A stretch of 64,000 bases of DNA from Macrostomum lignano (GCA_002269645.1 NIVC01000587.1:186001-250000); one strand, 5' to 3'; shown: positions 38,144 through 52,267, counted from the first letter of the stretch. A program made the numbers and translations. Notes: a model not told the origin generated them from the letters alone.

Positions 38144-39619
38144 AAAGAAAAAAGGAGTTTAACGTTCAAGATAGATGCATACATAGATAGGCACTTTGAA
38201 GTGCTTGTCGGCAACATTGAGGATAATCCCATTGAGTGGATGCGAGCTTATTGGTGACTAAACCCTCACCACCCTTAGCTATATACAGTAAAGTATTCAC
38301 AAAGAGATCAAACCTTGAAGGTGAAGATTATTTTCAAAGTGGAGGAGGGTCTGTCTTGTCTCGAGCGGTCAGCCATTAAGACACGGTGCTTACTTAGTAA
38401 TTCCTGGTCTGCCGAGAGCCTAAGCCTGGTGTTTACATGAATTACAATGACGGCATCTGCTACAGGACGCAGTTCTGAGGTCAGGGAAGACGCGGCCACT
38501 CCCTGCGACCCCCTCATGCGTGACGCGCAATGCGTCAATGGTGTCAAGTGTTTCGCATTTAGCCATAATTTTTCCCTTATGACCCCCCAAAACTGACAGG
38601 GCTGGGCTCATGTGGGTCTTTGTCTTGTTTCTGATCGCGGTTTAAACAAGAACTAGCCACAAAGAAATTTTGTTTGACATGTTTGACGTTTTTGTAAAAA
38701 ATTAATAAGCTAGTCAGAGAATTTTCTGCAGAAAATGATACGTCAATAAAGCAGAGGTCATTGAGAAATTACAAATTTTATAATACACAGGATGACCTAC
38801 CTACAGAGGAACTGTGAATGACCTCTACAGTAACCTCTGAGTTACCGCAGAACTACCCGAAAATGATCAGTGAGTTACCCCAATGAGCGGTGTGTGTCTG
38901 AGTCAAACGGCGTCATCCATGCTACAGCAATTTTGTTGAATATGTTTGTTGCCCAAAGCAGAATTATGATAACACTGACCGAAAGACCCATGGTAGAAAC
39001 GGGTTGCATTACCAGCAACAACAGATCCTGGGTATCCACATTGGGGAGTGAGTCATACCCAGCACCCAACACCTTTCTGAATTGCCGGTCTTCTTCTGCT
39101 GCTGCTTGGGTGGCAACCAAAAGGTGGCAGCACACGAACAGCGCCGCCTCAGATCTTGTCCGCCATATTTTGCCAAGATATTCTTCCCTGGCATGGGCTT
39201 GAACGGAGGGCGAGGGTAAATTAATATCCCAATCTGCGCCGGGATCTGGCCCCGGGAGAGCCATTTTGGCAGGCAGCTGAAATCCCATCCGGGCTCTCCC
39301 TAAGCAGCGTCTCCCCCCCCGGCCCACCTATGGCGAATTCTTGTTATGACAGAGCTCTCCGCGGGATATGGCGGCAGACTTAGCAAAAGCTCTCTTCCCC
39401 AACGGATCCTTGGGCGGATGCGAGTCTCCAACACCTGTCTAATTATCAGTCTGTAGCTGCCTCTTCCAGCCTGTCAGTCAGTTCTTAATCTGACATTCTT
39501 TAGCTTTTTTAACACTCTGCAGATATTTATGCGGCAAGTTTCTAATGATGTGCGATACTCATCAAGGCGCAGAGTGTGTAAGATGCCTGAGTATGGGTAT
39601 CAGTCATCGCAGAACTTAC

Positions 39620-39727
39620 CGGCAGAGGGTCTGGATGTGAGCAGCATTCCATTGTTAATATTCGATGACGGTTGAGAAGGAAGCTTGCCCGGCGCGTCAG
39701 GAACTTCCTCCACGGCTGCCGCGTCAG
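39620..39727 (-). CDS. Ephrin, probable exon 5 (Ser/Pro-rich stalk)
   Basis: Acceptor attttctccacAG, donor GTAAGT. The phase 1/1 frame reads ADAAAVEEVPDAPGKLPSQPSSNINNGMLLTSRPSA and is compatible with exon 4. Confidence 0.6.
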
Positions 39728-39806
39728 CTGTGGAGAAAATGAGAAATCCAATTATCATTGATACTTGCTCTTTGCTTTGTGTGCTGGTGAAATGCTTTGA
39801 TAAAAA

Positions 39807-40547
39807 CCAGCTGAAGTCAGCAGTGGGTACACCAGCTGGAGTCAGCAGTGGGTACACCAGCTGGAGTCAGCAGTGGGTACACCAGCTGAAGTCAGTATGG
39901 GTACACCAGCTGAAGTCAGTATGGGTACACCAGCTGAAGTCAGTATGGGTACACCAGCTGGAGTCAGCAGTGGGTACACCAGCTGAAGTCAGTATGGGTA
40001 CACCAGCTGGAGTCAGCAGTGGGTACACCAGCTGGAGTCAGCAGTGGGTACACCAGCTGAAGTCAGTATGGGTACACCAGCTGGAGTCAGCAGTGGGTAC
40101 ACCAGCTGAAGTCAGTATGGGTACACCAGCTGGAGTCAGCAGTGGGTACACCAGCTGAAGTCAGTATGGGTACACCAGCTGGAGTCAGCAGTGGGTACAC
40201 CAGCTGGAGTCAGCAGTGGGTACACCAGCTGGAGTCAGCAGTGGGTACACCAGCTGAAGTCAGTATGGGTACACCAGCTGGAGTCAGCAGTGGGTACACC
40301 AGCTGGAGTCAGCAGTGGGTACACCAGCTGGAGTCAGCAGTGGGTACACCAGCTGGAGTCAGCAGTGGGTACACCAGCTGAAGTCAGCAGTGGGTACACC
40401 AGCTGAAGTCAGCAGTGGGTACACCAGCTGAAGTCATCAGTGGGTACACCAGCTGAAGTCATCAGTGGGTACACCAGCTGAAGTCATCAGTGGGTACACC
40501 AGCTGAAGTCAGCAGTGGGTACACCAGCTGAAGTCATCAGTGGGTAC
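39807..40547. repeat. 24/25-bp minisatellite
   Basis: Units cagctggagtcagcagtgggtacac and cagctgaagtcagtatgggtacac. Confidence 0.95.
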
Positions 40548-42319
40548 CACCAGGGAAAATCTAACCAATGCCCCCAACATCCGTGAACTGCTTTCCGAGC
40601 TGCTCTCTTGCGTGGGAAAACGTTTTTGTTCTCTGCTAACTTTCCTCTTTTAGCCTTTGCAAGCAAGCCCGGTTGTTTTTCGACACGGCGAGCTGTTGAG
40701 GCATAAAGGAATTCCAGTTTTTTAGCAACCTTTCCCGAAAAAATATGAAGATGCCATTTCCAGTGGGCAATGAAGATGTTTTACTCGCACACAAGATTTT
40801 TTTGACTTGGGCTCGAACTGCCAACTCTCTGGGGAGGGAAAGATTGGCTGCATTCTTAACTCGACTTATCTTCTCTCTCTCTCTCTCTTTCCCTCTGTTT
40901 TTCCCTCGGTCTTTTGGTTCAAAAATCTTCTCCAGAGCCGAACGAAGCCCAAGAAGTGAAATAAGCGATGGGCACGAGGCATCCAGACAGCCCCCCTTCC
41001 CGGATGGAATCCCAGCTGGCTTTGTCCGAAACTGAGGCAGGTAAAATGCTTTATGGGCACACTTGGGAGGGAGAACGGACTGCAAATCAATCAATCAATA
41101 TCAGTAGGGGTAGTGGGGAGGTTGGCATTATATATGAGGGCCGATTGGGGGGGGGGTCTGGGGAATGCAAAGAATGGCTTTTTGTGTCAGCGAGCGGGTT
41201 GGGGTCTGGGGGTCTGCCTGATATTCGGAGAAATTATGTATAAATTGCGTCACCTCTGATTTCCCAACTCGATCCTTCTCTTTCCTTTTCTCTCTCTCTC
41301 TCTCCCTCCCTCATCCCGTGGTATTCTAATAACGGAAGTCGCAGACAGGATGACAGACAGACAGTCCAGACAGACGGTGAAGGGGGCTTGAGGATTTATT
41401 AAGGATCTGTATATAAATTTTATGGGCAGAGCTTGACCGCCCCGGGAGTGCTGATAGTTATTGAAAAAGACTTAGTCATTGCGCTGAGTGTGACAGCAAT
41501 GCGAGTGCTGAGAGATCTTCATGGAATTGAGTTTTAAGGCTCATGATCTTGACATTATCCAAATAATACACTACCTAGATATGGAGAACTTTTCATTGCT
41601 TCAACATGCATCTTCTTGCGATTAGTGTTGGTTTCTAAGCGGGTTGTATGGGCACTGCCGCAAGTCAAGGCGGCTTTTAGCTGCATGTGCAAGTACCAGC
41701 CATACCTGCCTAAAGGTAATTTGAGATGGATTATTAAGGGAAAATAGGCACACACACAGAAGGGAATATTTGAGATTGATGAGGCTTCGCAATGGGGCAA
41801 GCCTTGTAGCAATTTGCTCCCACTAATCAATGGGAGGTGGGGGGGGGTGGGTCCCAGCTTCCCGACGTCATCAGCTCAGTCCCTGTCATTAACAAAAAGT
41901 TGCGGTTTCCGCTTCCAGCCGGGCAGACCGCCCGCTCTTTAAAGCAGACTTCTGGCACCCGCCTTTTTTCTGTCACTCTCCTAGCAGAAAATATTGGCTT
42001 CAGAGCTGATGCTTCTGCCGCTTGGTCAGAAAAAAATGAGTGCCAATTTTTGTTCATTTCCTGAGCAGCCCCCATCAGTCTCGACCCCGCTTCGGTTTTG
42101 TTATTTTTCCCACCCATTGTTTAACGAACAGCTTCAGTTTTTGCTAAACTTTTTTTCTATTAGGGAGTTGGCGAATTCATTAAATAAACTGGGGAAGTTT
42201 TGTTTTAACTCAGTGAAAAATCGTGTTTTTTAAATAGGCATTTAGAGATTGCTCCTGCGTGAACTCATGAAAGCTTTGAGCCGTATTTGAGAGCGAGGGA
42301 GAGGGAGATCGATAAGTTA

Positions 42320-42550
42320 GAGGGTAGAGAGGGAGAGAAGGGTAGAGAGGGAGAAGGGTGGAGAGGGAGAGGGTAAAGCGGGAGAGGGGTAGAGAGGGAG
42401 AGGGTAAAGCGGGAGAGGGGTAGAGAGGGAGAGGGTAAAGCGGGAGAGGGTTAGAGAGGTAGAGGGTAAAGCGGGAGAGGGGTAGAGAGGGAGAGGGTAA
42501 AGCGGGAGAGGGGTAGAGAGGGAGAGGGTAAAGCGGGAGAGGGAGAGGAG
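42320..42550. repeat. 31-bp purine-rich minisatellite
   Basis: Unit agagggtaaagcgggagaggggtagagaggg. Confidence 0.85.
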
Positions 42551-42921
42551 AGAATGGAGAGTAATTAGGAGAAAGGATAGTGGACATTGCATAGAGAAAG
42601 AGAGGCATAGTGAGTATGCCAGTTCTAAAAACCCCGGGATCAACATTAGATTCTCATGAAATGCACAGGGCTGTGAGCGACCTTACTGGCAAGCGGGAGC
42701 ACTCAGCGAAAACCGGAGAGAGAGAGAGAGAGAGAGAGGGGGGGGTCAGAGCAGCCCAAGTAGAATACCTGGAAGTGCTGCTGTCTCCAACCAGGGAATC
42801 GGATGCATTTTTAATTCCGGGCTAAGCGAAAAAGGGGATTTAGCGAAGGATTGGCAGTTTCAGAGGATAAAATTCTACTCTGTTACTCTTTTTTATTCAT
42901 CACCAACGCTGCCGCCCTTAC

Positions 42922-43011
42922 CGGAGACGACCGCCTTGAGCCGCATATTCCTGGAAAGGCACGCGCCGCCCTGCTTTTGATCTACGCCCAGCGGACTGCC
43001 GGTTGATGGAG
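42922..43011 (-). CDS. Ephrin, exon 4
   Basis: Acceptor ctcattccAG, donor GTAAGG, phase 1/1. TPSTGSPLGVDQKQGGACLSRNMRLKAVVS matches ephrin-B type STSNGSLEGLDNQEGGVC...MKILMKV (Cys4). Confidence 0.88.
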
Positions 43012-43659
43012 CTGGAATGAGCGGGGTTGGGCTGAGGATGTGTAGCGATATTATACAAATACATCATGCGCGCATCTTCTTGCCTAGCGCCTGCAGGTCA
43101 AATCTGGGACATTGGGGGGGGGGGGGCACCACGAAGCTGAGGAAGCTGCTACTTCTCCAAGCCCCTGCCTTCATCACCTTCTGAGCAGTTGGGAGACGGG
43201 GAAGAGGTGGCCACTTCTGAATCTGACCAAGCACTCCAGCCTGCAGCATTCTTCAAGTCAGACTGTTAATATATTGTCCCTTGGAAAAGCTTTTGCCTCT
43301 TAATTTTGGTTGTGCCTTCCCGTTCGTTCACTCAGCTGTTTCTCTTGCCAGCCTCATTCTATCCAATGCATGCAGCCTCTTGATGAGGTGTACGCGGAGG
43401 GAGGCCCGGTGTGGTGAGAGATGAGGGCATGCGGCTATGGCCTCGGGGGGGGGAGGGGCATCCCGTAATGTTGTTGACGCGCCAGAGATTCGAGGAGTTG
43501 GAAAGAAAATTTGAGCAGATTCTCGAGCAAGATGGGTAATGCAGAAGGACCAGGCCATGGCGCTAATGAGGGCGCTGGTTTGCAGGGTCCTGGCAACCCT
43601 TGGAGCTGAGTTTCTGTTTGATTTATGATTTTCAAACATATCAAAGGACTGCGCGAAGC

Positions 43660-44812
43660 AAGAGACAGAAGCAGGGGGAGAGGCAGACAGAGAATCAGAG
43701 AGAAGCAGAGGGAGAGGGAGACAGAGAATCAGAGAGAAGCAGAGGGAGAGGCAGACAGAGAATCAGAGAGAAGCAGGGGGAGAGGCAGACAGAGAATCAG
43801 AGAGAAGCAGAGGGAGAGGGAGACAGAGAATCAGAGAGAAGCAGAGGGAGAGGCAGACAGAGAATCAGAGAGAAGCAGGGGGAGAGGCAGACAGAGAATC
43901 AGACAGAAGCAGGGGGAGAGGCAGACAGAGAATCAGACAGAAGCAGGGGGAGAGGCAGACAGAGAATCAGACAGAAGCAGGGGGAGAGGCAGACAGAGAA
44001 TCAGACAGAAGCAGGGGGAGAGGCAGACAGAGAATCAGACAGAAGCAGGGGGAGAGGCAGACAGAGAATCAGACAGAAGCAGGGGGAGAGGCAGACAGAG
44101 AATCAGACAGAAGCAGGGGGAGAGGCAGACAGAGAATCAGACAGAAGCAGGGGGAGAGGCAGACAGAGAATCAGACAGAAGCAGGGGGAGAGGCAGACAG
44201 AGAATCAGACAGAAGCAGGGGGAGAGGCAGACAGAGAATCAGACAGAAGCAGGGGGAGAGGCAGACAGAGAATTAGAGAGAAGCAGAGGGAGAGGGAGAC
44301 AGAGAATCAGAGAGAAGTAGGGGGAGAGGGAGACAGAGAATCAGAGAGAAGCAGAGGGAGAGGCAGACAGAGAATTGGAGAGAAGCAGAGGGAGAGGGAG
44401 ACAGAGAATCAGAGAGAAGCAGAGGGAGAGGGAGACAGAGAATCAGGGAGAAGTAGGGGGAGAGGGAGACAGAGAATCAGGGAGAAGCAGGGGGAGAGGG
44501 AGACAGAGAATCAGGGAGAAGCAGGGGGAGAGGGAGACAGAGAATCAGAGAGAAGCAGGGGGAGAGGGAGACAGAGAATCAGGGAGAAGCAGGGGAGAGG
44601 GAGACAGAGAATCAGAGAGAAGCAGGGGGAGAGGGAGACAGAGAATTAGAGAGAAGCAGGGGGAGAGGGAGACAGAGAATCAGGGAGAAGCAGGGGAGAG
44701 GGAGACAGAGAATCAGAGAGAAGCAGGGGGAGAGGGAGACAGAGAATTAGAGAGAAGCAGGGGGAGAGGGAGACAGAGAATTAGAGAGAAGCAGGGGGAG
44801 AGGGAGACAGAG
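43660..44812. repeat. 34-bp purine-rich minisatellite
   Basis: Unit gagaatcagacagaagcagggggagaggcagaca. Confidence 0.95.
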
Positions 44813-45369
44813 ACAGCACCCCCAATTCCGGTAGTTGAGCTCAGTGCAACAGTAGCGAAGCAGGGATCTGAACTGGAATGCAGTGCAATTTGCATGCCAA
44901 TCTCCATCCCTTGTGCACCCGCATTCCGTTTCGCTGCTGCCTGCTGGTCAATTAATTTTCGAACCACTCAAGGATGAATGGCCGTGGCCGTCCCATCACG
45001 CTGCGCAGCCCACACTTACTAGAGCGAATATCTCCCGTTGCAAATGTCAGCTATGTTGCAAATGTTCGCTCTGGGGTTTCGGTTTGGGCAAAGGAAATTG
45101 ATTGAGTTGACAGGCCGGCTTCGCCGTGCATCACCTCGTAGCGCTTCATCATGGGAAGCTGGAGCAAATTGAAACCAATGCCGTGGCGACGGGGGGGCTA
45201 TCTGGGGTCAGCCAGACTGCCGCTCCGATGGGTTCGGGGAGGAAGGGGGATCTAGAGAGCGGCTTCTCGAAATGGGATTCGAGTAGCGAGTAGGGAAACT
45301 TAATCAGCTATTCGAGTACGAATGCATCGTGTTTGTACAATGCCACATTAAATTTAGCGCACTGTGGGC

Positions 45370-45649
<280 letters not shown>

Positions 45650-46409
45650 TGCCCGGGAAAAAAAGCAAAGAAAAAACCAATGCTTTCACGGTTGCCCTCC
45701 CCTCTGGAATAACCGAGGCGAGAACTGAGAGCAGTATACAGTGTAGGCAAGGATATGGGTGAGTCCCCAGACACCTGATGCTTCTCCCCCCTGAGCTGGC
45801 TCTATCAGGAACAGCAACAAGAGTAAAGCAACAGAGAAAGAGGCGCAGAAATTGATGAGCCTAGCGCTCAATCGATGCTCAGATTCGGGTGAAAAAAAAT
45901 GATTACTCAACTCAGCAGAGGCGGCACCTGAGCTACTAGTGCGTGAACTGTTCGGTTCGCGAGATGAAAAATGAGAACCAGGCAGCGTCCTTTCTCTCTC
46001 TTTCTCTCTCTGCTTTTCTCTGAGCACTATTGGAAGCAGCAGAAAATTGTGAACGGGTTTTCAAAGCGTTTGCTTGATTCTCTCCCTATCTTTCTGTGCC
46101 TGCCTGCCTGATCTCTATCTCTAGGAGCTGCCAGTCATGCAGCAGGAAAAGTAAAAAAAGCCATGCTTGCTTTTGCGCTGCTGGGTATGTTGAGTGAAAT
46201 TCAATAATAAAAGGGTCTGCAGAGTGGCATACGGCTTCTTTTCTATCATTTCAATTAGATTTATTTTAAATTTTAAAGCTGAATTTTCCCGAGTCAATTT
46301 TTTCCGTGATATTTAAATGCCAAGCGATGAGCACAAGCAATATTGATCCGTTAGAGCATACTCTTGATGAGAGGCAGAATAAGGCAGAGAGAAAGACAAG
46401 ACAAAACCA

Positions 46410-47195
46410 GAAGACAGGACGAGTCAGAGACAGACAGGACGAGACAGAGACAGACAGGACGAGACAGACAGGACGAGACAGACAGGACGAGACAGAGACA
46501 GAGAGAAAGACAGGACGAGACAGAGACAGACAGGACGAGACAGACAGGACGAGACAGAGACAGAGAGAAAGACAGGACGAGACAGAGAAAGACAGGACGA
46601 GACAGAGAGAAAGACAGGACGAGACAGAGACAGACAGGACGAGACAGACAGGACGAGACAGAGACAGAGAGAAAGACAGGACGAGACAGAGAAAGACAGG
46701 ACGAGACAGAGAGAAAGACAGGACGAGACAGAGACAGACAGGACGAGACAGACAGGACGAGACAGAGACAGAGAGAAAGACAGGACGAGACAAAGAGAAA
46801 GACAGGACGAGTCAGAGACAGACAGGACGAGACAGAGAGAAAGACAGGACGAGACAAAGAGAAAGACAGGACGAGACAAAGAGAAAGACAGGACGAGACA
46901 GAGACAGACAGGACGAGTCAGAGATAGACAGGACGAGACAGAGACAGACAGGACGAGACAGAGAGAAAGACAGGATGAGTCAGAGATAGACAGGACGAGA
47001 CAGAGACAGACAGGACGAGACAGAGAGAAAGACAGGACGAGACAAAGAGAAAGACAGGACGAGACAGAGACAGACAGGACGAGTCAGAGACAGACAGGAC
47101 GAGTCAGAGATAGACAGGACGAGACAGAGACAGACAGGACGAGACAGAGAGAAAGACAGGATGAGTCAGAGATAGACAGGACGAGTCAGAGACAG
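46410..47195. repeat. Variable-length purine-rich repeat with GACAGGACGA core
   Basis: Core gacaggacga joined by variable (GA/CA) linkers. Confidence 0.9.
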
Positions 47196-47235
47196 ATTGA
47201 GATCAGAACAGATCGAAAGCAGCCCCAGTACTCAC

Positions 47236-47380
47236 TGTAAAAGTACACCGGGCCATTGAAGTTCGGCACCGTGGGATCGGCAGAGTAGAGTCGCATAGGC
47301 AGCATGAAGTACTCTCTGTGACGACAGCTGAACATCAAAGTACCGTTGGTGCAGTGACGCCAATCAGCGGCTGAATAAGT
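47236..47380 (-). CDS. Ephrin, exon 3
   Basis: Acceptor caacttcAG, donor GTGAGT, phase 0/1. TYSAADWRHCTNGTLMFSCRHREYFMLPMRLYSADPTVPNFNGPVYFY contains Cys2, Cys3 and the G-H receptor-binding loop region. Confidence 0.88.
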
Positions 47381-47544
47381 CTGAAGTTGGATTTTATGGT
47401 GTTGGCAGTGTGTGGTATCGGTTTATTAAAATAATCTTTCAACGCTGAGTTGCAAGTAGCCAAGGAGGAATTACGTTGCATCATACATACAAACAACACG
47501 TCAGTTGTAGTATATAGAGAGTTCATATACTCTATGAACTCGGC

Positions 47545-48450
47545 TGTTGACCGCCGCTACCACCTCTCAGACACTTTGATGTTGACCGCCGCTACCACCT
47601 TTTAGATCCTTTGATGTTGACCGCGGCTACCACCTCTCAGATCCTTTGATGTTGACCGCCGCTACCACCTTTTAGATCCTTTGATGTTGACCGCGGCTAC
47701 CACCTCTCAGATTCTTTGATGTTGACCGCGGCTACCACCTCTCTGATCCTTTGATGTTGACCGCGGCTACCACCTCTCAGATCCTGTGATGTTGATCGCT
47801 ACCACCTCTCAGATCCTTGATGTTGACCGCCGCTACCACCTCTCAGATCCTTTGATGTTGACCGCGGCTACCACCTCTCCGATCCTTTGATGTTGATTGC
47901 TACCACCTCTCAGATCCTTTGATGTTGACCGCCGCTACCACCTCTCAGATCCTTTGATATTGACCGCCGCTACCACCTCTCAGACACTTTGATATTGACC
48001 GCCGCTACCACCTCTCAGATCCTTTGATGTTGACCGCCGCTACCACCTTTTAGATCCTTTGATGTTGACCGCGGCTACCACCTCTCAGATCCTTTGATGT
48101 TGACCGCCGCTACCACCTCTCCGATCCTTTGATGTTGATTGCTACCACCTCTCAGATCCTTTGATGTTGACCGCCGCTACCACCTCTCAGATCCTTTGAT
48201 GTTGACCGCGGCTACCACCTCTCAGACACTTTGATGTTGATCGCTACCACCTCTCAGATCCTTTGATGTTGACCGCCGCTACCACCTCTCAGACACTTTG
48301 ATATTGACCGCCGCTACCACCTCTCAGATCCTTTGATGTTGACCGCGGCTACCACCTCTCAGACACTTTGATGTTGATTGCTACCACCTCTCAGACACTT
48401 TGATGTAGATTGCTACCACCTCTCAGATCCTTTGATGTTGACCGCTACCG
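47545..48450. repeat. 35-bp minisatellite (32-bp variants)
   Basis: Unit gttgaccgccgctaccacctctcagatcctttgat. Confidence 0.95.
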
Positions 48451-48783
48451 CCTTTCTTTGACTTCTTGTGAGCAGACTAGCATCTGAGTTCACCATAGCC
48501 ATTTTAGCAAGGGCTATTCTGCAGGCCATAAATATTTTGGCTTCCATAAATTAGCATATTATCAAATCTAGCCTGACAGTTGAGCCTTATCAAAAACTTT
48601 ACAGCTCATATATTTTCTCAATATCGCATTTCGAAGTCAACACCGGAAGAAAAAATCTGACTCATCGATAAGTTTATACCCGTTTATATCATCTGCAAAT
48701 CTATTAATTGAATTCCTATTCAGCCACAGAAGCTGAACTGCAATAATTCATAATCCGAAGAGAGTCCTTATCAATTTTCTCAC

Positions 48784-48886
48784 CCAGTAAATTGCGTAGA
48801 ATTCCAGACCGCCTTTCGGACACACAAAGATCAGCTCGTTTGTTTCTCGCTGGATCTTCAGCAAGTTCTCTCCTGATGGCTTGAAG
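48784..48886 (-). CDS. Ephrin, exon 2
   Basis: Acceptor tttcctcacttcAG, donor GTGAGA, phase 2/0. FKPSGENLLKIQRETNELIFVCPKGGLEFYAIYW corresponds to the ephrin D.LDIICP...YY.VYMV segment (Cys1). Confidence 0.88.
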
Positions 48887-48937
48887 CTGAAGTGAGGAAA
48901 ATTAAATAGCGATTATTCTAGAGCAACTGCTACGAGT

Positions 48938-49760
48938 GGTCATTTGGGTTCCGGCCGCTGCTATCTATGGTCCTTTGGGTTCCGGCCGCTGCTATCTATG
49001 GTCATTTGGGTTCCGGCCGCTGCTATCTATGGTCATTTGGGTTCCGGCCGCTGCTATCTATGGTCCTTCGGGTTCCGGCCGCTGCTATCTATGGTCATTT
49101 GGGTTCCGGCCGCTGCTATCTATGGTCCTTTGGGTTCCGGCCGCTGCTATCTATGGTCATTTGGGTTCCGGCCGCTGCTATCTATGGTCATTCGGGTTCC
49201 GGCCGCTGCTATCTATGGTCCTTCGGGTTCCGGCCGCTGCTATCTATGGTCATTTGGGTTCCGGCCGCTGCTATCTATGGTCCTTTGGGTTCCGGCCGCT
49301 GCTATCTATGGTCATTTGGGTTCCGGCCGCTGCTATCTATGGTCCTTTGGGTTCCGGCCGCTGCTATCTATGGTCATTTGGGTTCCGGCCGCTGCTATCT
49401 ATGGTCCTTCGGGTTCCGGCCGCTGCTATCTATGGTCATTTGGGTTCCGGCCGCTGCTATCTATGGTCCTTTGGGTTCCGGCCGCTGCTATCTATGGTCA
49501 TTTGGGTTCCGGCCGCTGCTATCTATGGTCATTTGGGTTCCGGCCGCTGCTATCTATGGTCATTTGGGTTCCGGCCGCTGCTATCAATGGTCATTCGGGT
49601 TCCGGCCGCTGCTATCTATGGTCATTTGGGTTCCGGCCGCTGCTATCTATGGTCATTCGGGTTCCGGCCGCTGCTATCTATGGTCCTTTGGGTCCCGGCC
49701 GCTGCTGTGCTATATATGGTCCTTTGGGTTCGGACCGCTGCTATCTATGGTCCTTTGCGT
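48938..49760. repeat. 31-bp minisatellite, ~26 copies
   Basis: Unit tgggttccggccgctgctatctatggtcatt. Confidence 0.95.
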
Positions 49761-49814
49761 TTTGGCCATAGTGGGCGTCCCTGTCTATTGATGTTCGCCC
49801 CTATCTTTTGGTGG

Positions 49815-50022
49815 ACGTCCCTGTCTCTTGGTTGGCGCCCCTATCTCTTGTTAGCGCCCCTGTCTCTTATTTGCGCCATTGTCTCTTGATTGGCGCCACT
49901 GTCTCTTATTGGCGCCACTGTCTCTTATTGGCGCCACTGTCTCTTATTGGCGCCCCTGTCTCTTGGTTGGCGCCACTGTCTCTTATTGGCGCCACTGTCT
50001 CTTGGTTGGCGCCACTGTCTCT
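49815..50022. repeat. 19-bp minisatellite
   Basis: Unit gcgccactgtctcttattg. Confidence 0.88.
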
Positions 50023-50877
50023 TTGTCCTAGGCCGATGGATACCATGTAGAAGACAGAAGGCAGAATTTCAGCTCTATTCATTCATTGAGCTTGGTTTGC
50101 CTCTTTCATTTAGTTTTTGGACCATCTATCTATCACGATTCTATCAATAGATTTTCACTCCTCCACAAGCGCTACTGATTGTGCAGAGCCAAGAATTGAA
50201 AAGCCTGGTCTGTCAGTCACAGAAAAACGCACACATTTTTTTGCGAGAGAAAAGTAACGAATTAAAAGAGAGAAAGCTCTGAGGAGAGGGGGGCGATGCA
50301 ATGAAAGTCTGCAATTGCTGCATTTGAGCTGGGGGCAGCAAGAGCTTCAGTTTTTTCCCCAGTCTCCATTCAGCAATGAAAGCAGCTGCACTGCTGGGCC
50401 TGCAGACTGGAGACGAGCGGAATTGCAGAACATTTTTTTCTCTAAAGTCGCCAGCAGCTTTCTTTCTCTCCACTTTTACCCTTCTCTGGCTGCTGCTTCT
50501 GGCTCTGATTTCTGGGGTGGGTGAGCAGCTTCTCCTGAATAGGGGTGTGGATCTTTCATAATAGAATCCCCCAGAATCCCAAAGAGTCTGGGGATGACGA
50601 AAAGAGATGGAGAGCAAAATATGGGGGAGGGGTGTATGGAGGATTTAATAGAAGAACTAGAGCTGGATGCAGGATGTAAAAGCCCAGATGAAGAAGGGAA
50701 GCTGCAATGATCCTGATATTGCTAGAGCAAGCTAACTTCTTTTCCTACCCTGTGCAGATGGCAATGGCTATCCATATCTGCTTTTCGCCCCGCTTCCTCA
50801 TCTAATTATCCCATTTTCCAATCCCACTGAGCTGCTGCGCTTCACTGCTCGCTTGAAACTTCGGGGAAATCTGGTGA

Positions 50878-51603
50878 ACACCTGGGACACCTAGGACACC
50901 TGGGACAACTGGACCACCTAAGACACCTGGGACACCTGGGACACCTGGGACAACTGGGACACCTGAGATACATGGGACAACTGGGACAACTGGGACAACT
51001 GGAACACCTAGGACAACTGGGACACCTGGGACACCTGGGACAACTGGGACACCTGGGACACCTGGGATACCTGGACACCTGAGACAACTGAGACACCAGT
51101 GACACCTGGGACACCTGGGACACATGGGACACCTGGGACACCAGTGACACCTGAGACACATGGGACACCAGTGACACCTGAGACACCTGAGACACCTGGG
51201 ACACCTGGAACACCTAAGACACCTGGGACAGCAGTGACACCTGAGACACCTGGGAAACCTGGGACACTTGGGACACCAGTGACACCTGGGATACCTGGAA
51301 CACCTAAGACACCTGTGACACCTGGGACACCTGGGACACCAGTAACACCTGAGACACCTAAGACACCTGTGACACCTGGGACACCTGGGACACCAGTAAC
51401 ACCTGAGACACCTAAGACGCCTGTGACACCTGGGACACCTGGGACACCAGTAACACCTGAGACACCTGGGACACCTGGGACACCTGGGACACCAGTAACA
51501 CCTGAGACACCTAAGACACCTGAGACACCTGAGACACCTGGGACATCTGAGACATCTGGGATACCTGGGATACCCGGGACACCTGGGATACCCGGGACAC
51601 CAG
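50878..51603. repeat. 9-bp-based minisatellite
   Basis: Unit acacctggg with variants. Confidence 0.92.
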
Positions 51604-51728
51604 GTTAGCTATCTGCTAGTACATTTTCTATTGATTTGGAACTTGAGTTTTAAAAGATTCGCTGGGGGACTGCGGGCAGCCTGGCGCAACGCCTTCGGTG
51701 ACATCGTCCTAAACGAGTGTGTTTCGCA

Positions 51729-51804
51729 TGGAATCGAACCAGGGATCGTGGCGCGGATCGTGGCGCGAGAGTCAGCCGCATTAACCGCTGAGCTGCTCTG
51801 CCCC
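51729..51804 (-). mobile_element. tRNA-derived SINE-like head / tRNA pseudogene
   Basis: A-box-like CAGCTCAGCGG and perfect B-box GGTTCGATTCC, with an internal 12-bp duplication and no proper acceptor stem. A related sequence occurs at 21511-21552 (+). Confidence 0.5.
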
Positions 51805-52267
51805 ATAATTTCGAACTTTGTCAGAACAGAAATTCCAGAAAATTTCTGCGTTAAAATTCTTCTGAACATAAGGGAGAAAGTCGGTTGAAGTGTAAAAGCA
51901 AATGGGGAGTTTTCTTGTGACCTCGTCTGTCAGGCATTTTTCATCCCGCGTGTGCTTTTCTTTTCAACTAACAGGTGAACTTCGCTTTGCCAAATGTTTG
52001 TTCCCGCTGACGCCTTTTCTTACTCTCAGCCTCCTGCCTCATCGGCACCCCTATGGACTTTCAAGGTGCGAAGGATTCTAACTGGGAAAATCCTTCCCTT
52101 CGTTCTTGCAGCACTTATGGATGATTGCTTTTGAAGGATTGGTCGCGTTTTCACCTTGTTTAGCTCGAATATAATAACTAGGACTTCTTTGCGTTTTCTT
52201 AGAAATATGTCAACGAGGTGATTAGAGACGGGTTCTTAATTTATTATTTGCCAAATGATTAGCAGAG

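Noticed and set aside
40930-41031. Alternative ephrin exon 4 (ISDKASWDSIREGGLSGC...)
   Set aside because: No suitable donor, and 43011-42922 matches the ephrin motif much better.
51099-51608. (TPG/TPE)n mucin- or collagen-like ORFs
   Set aside because: Product of a 9-bp array that is open in several frames on both strands, within ephrin intron 1.
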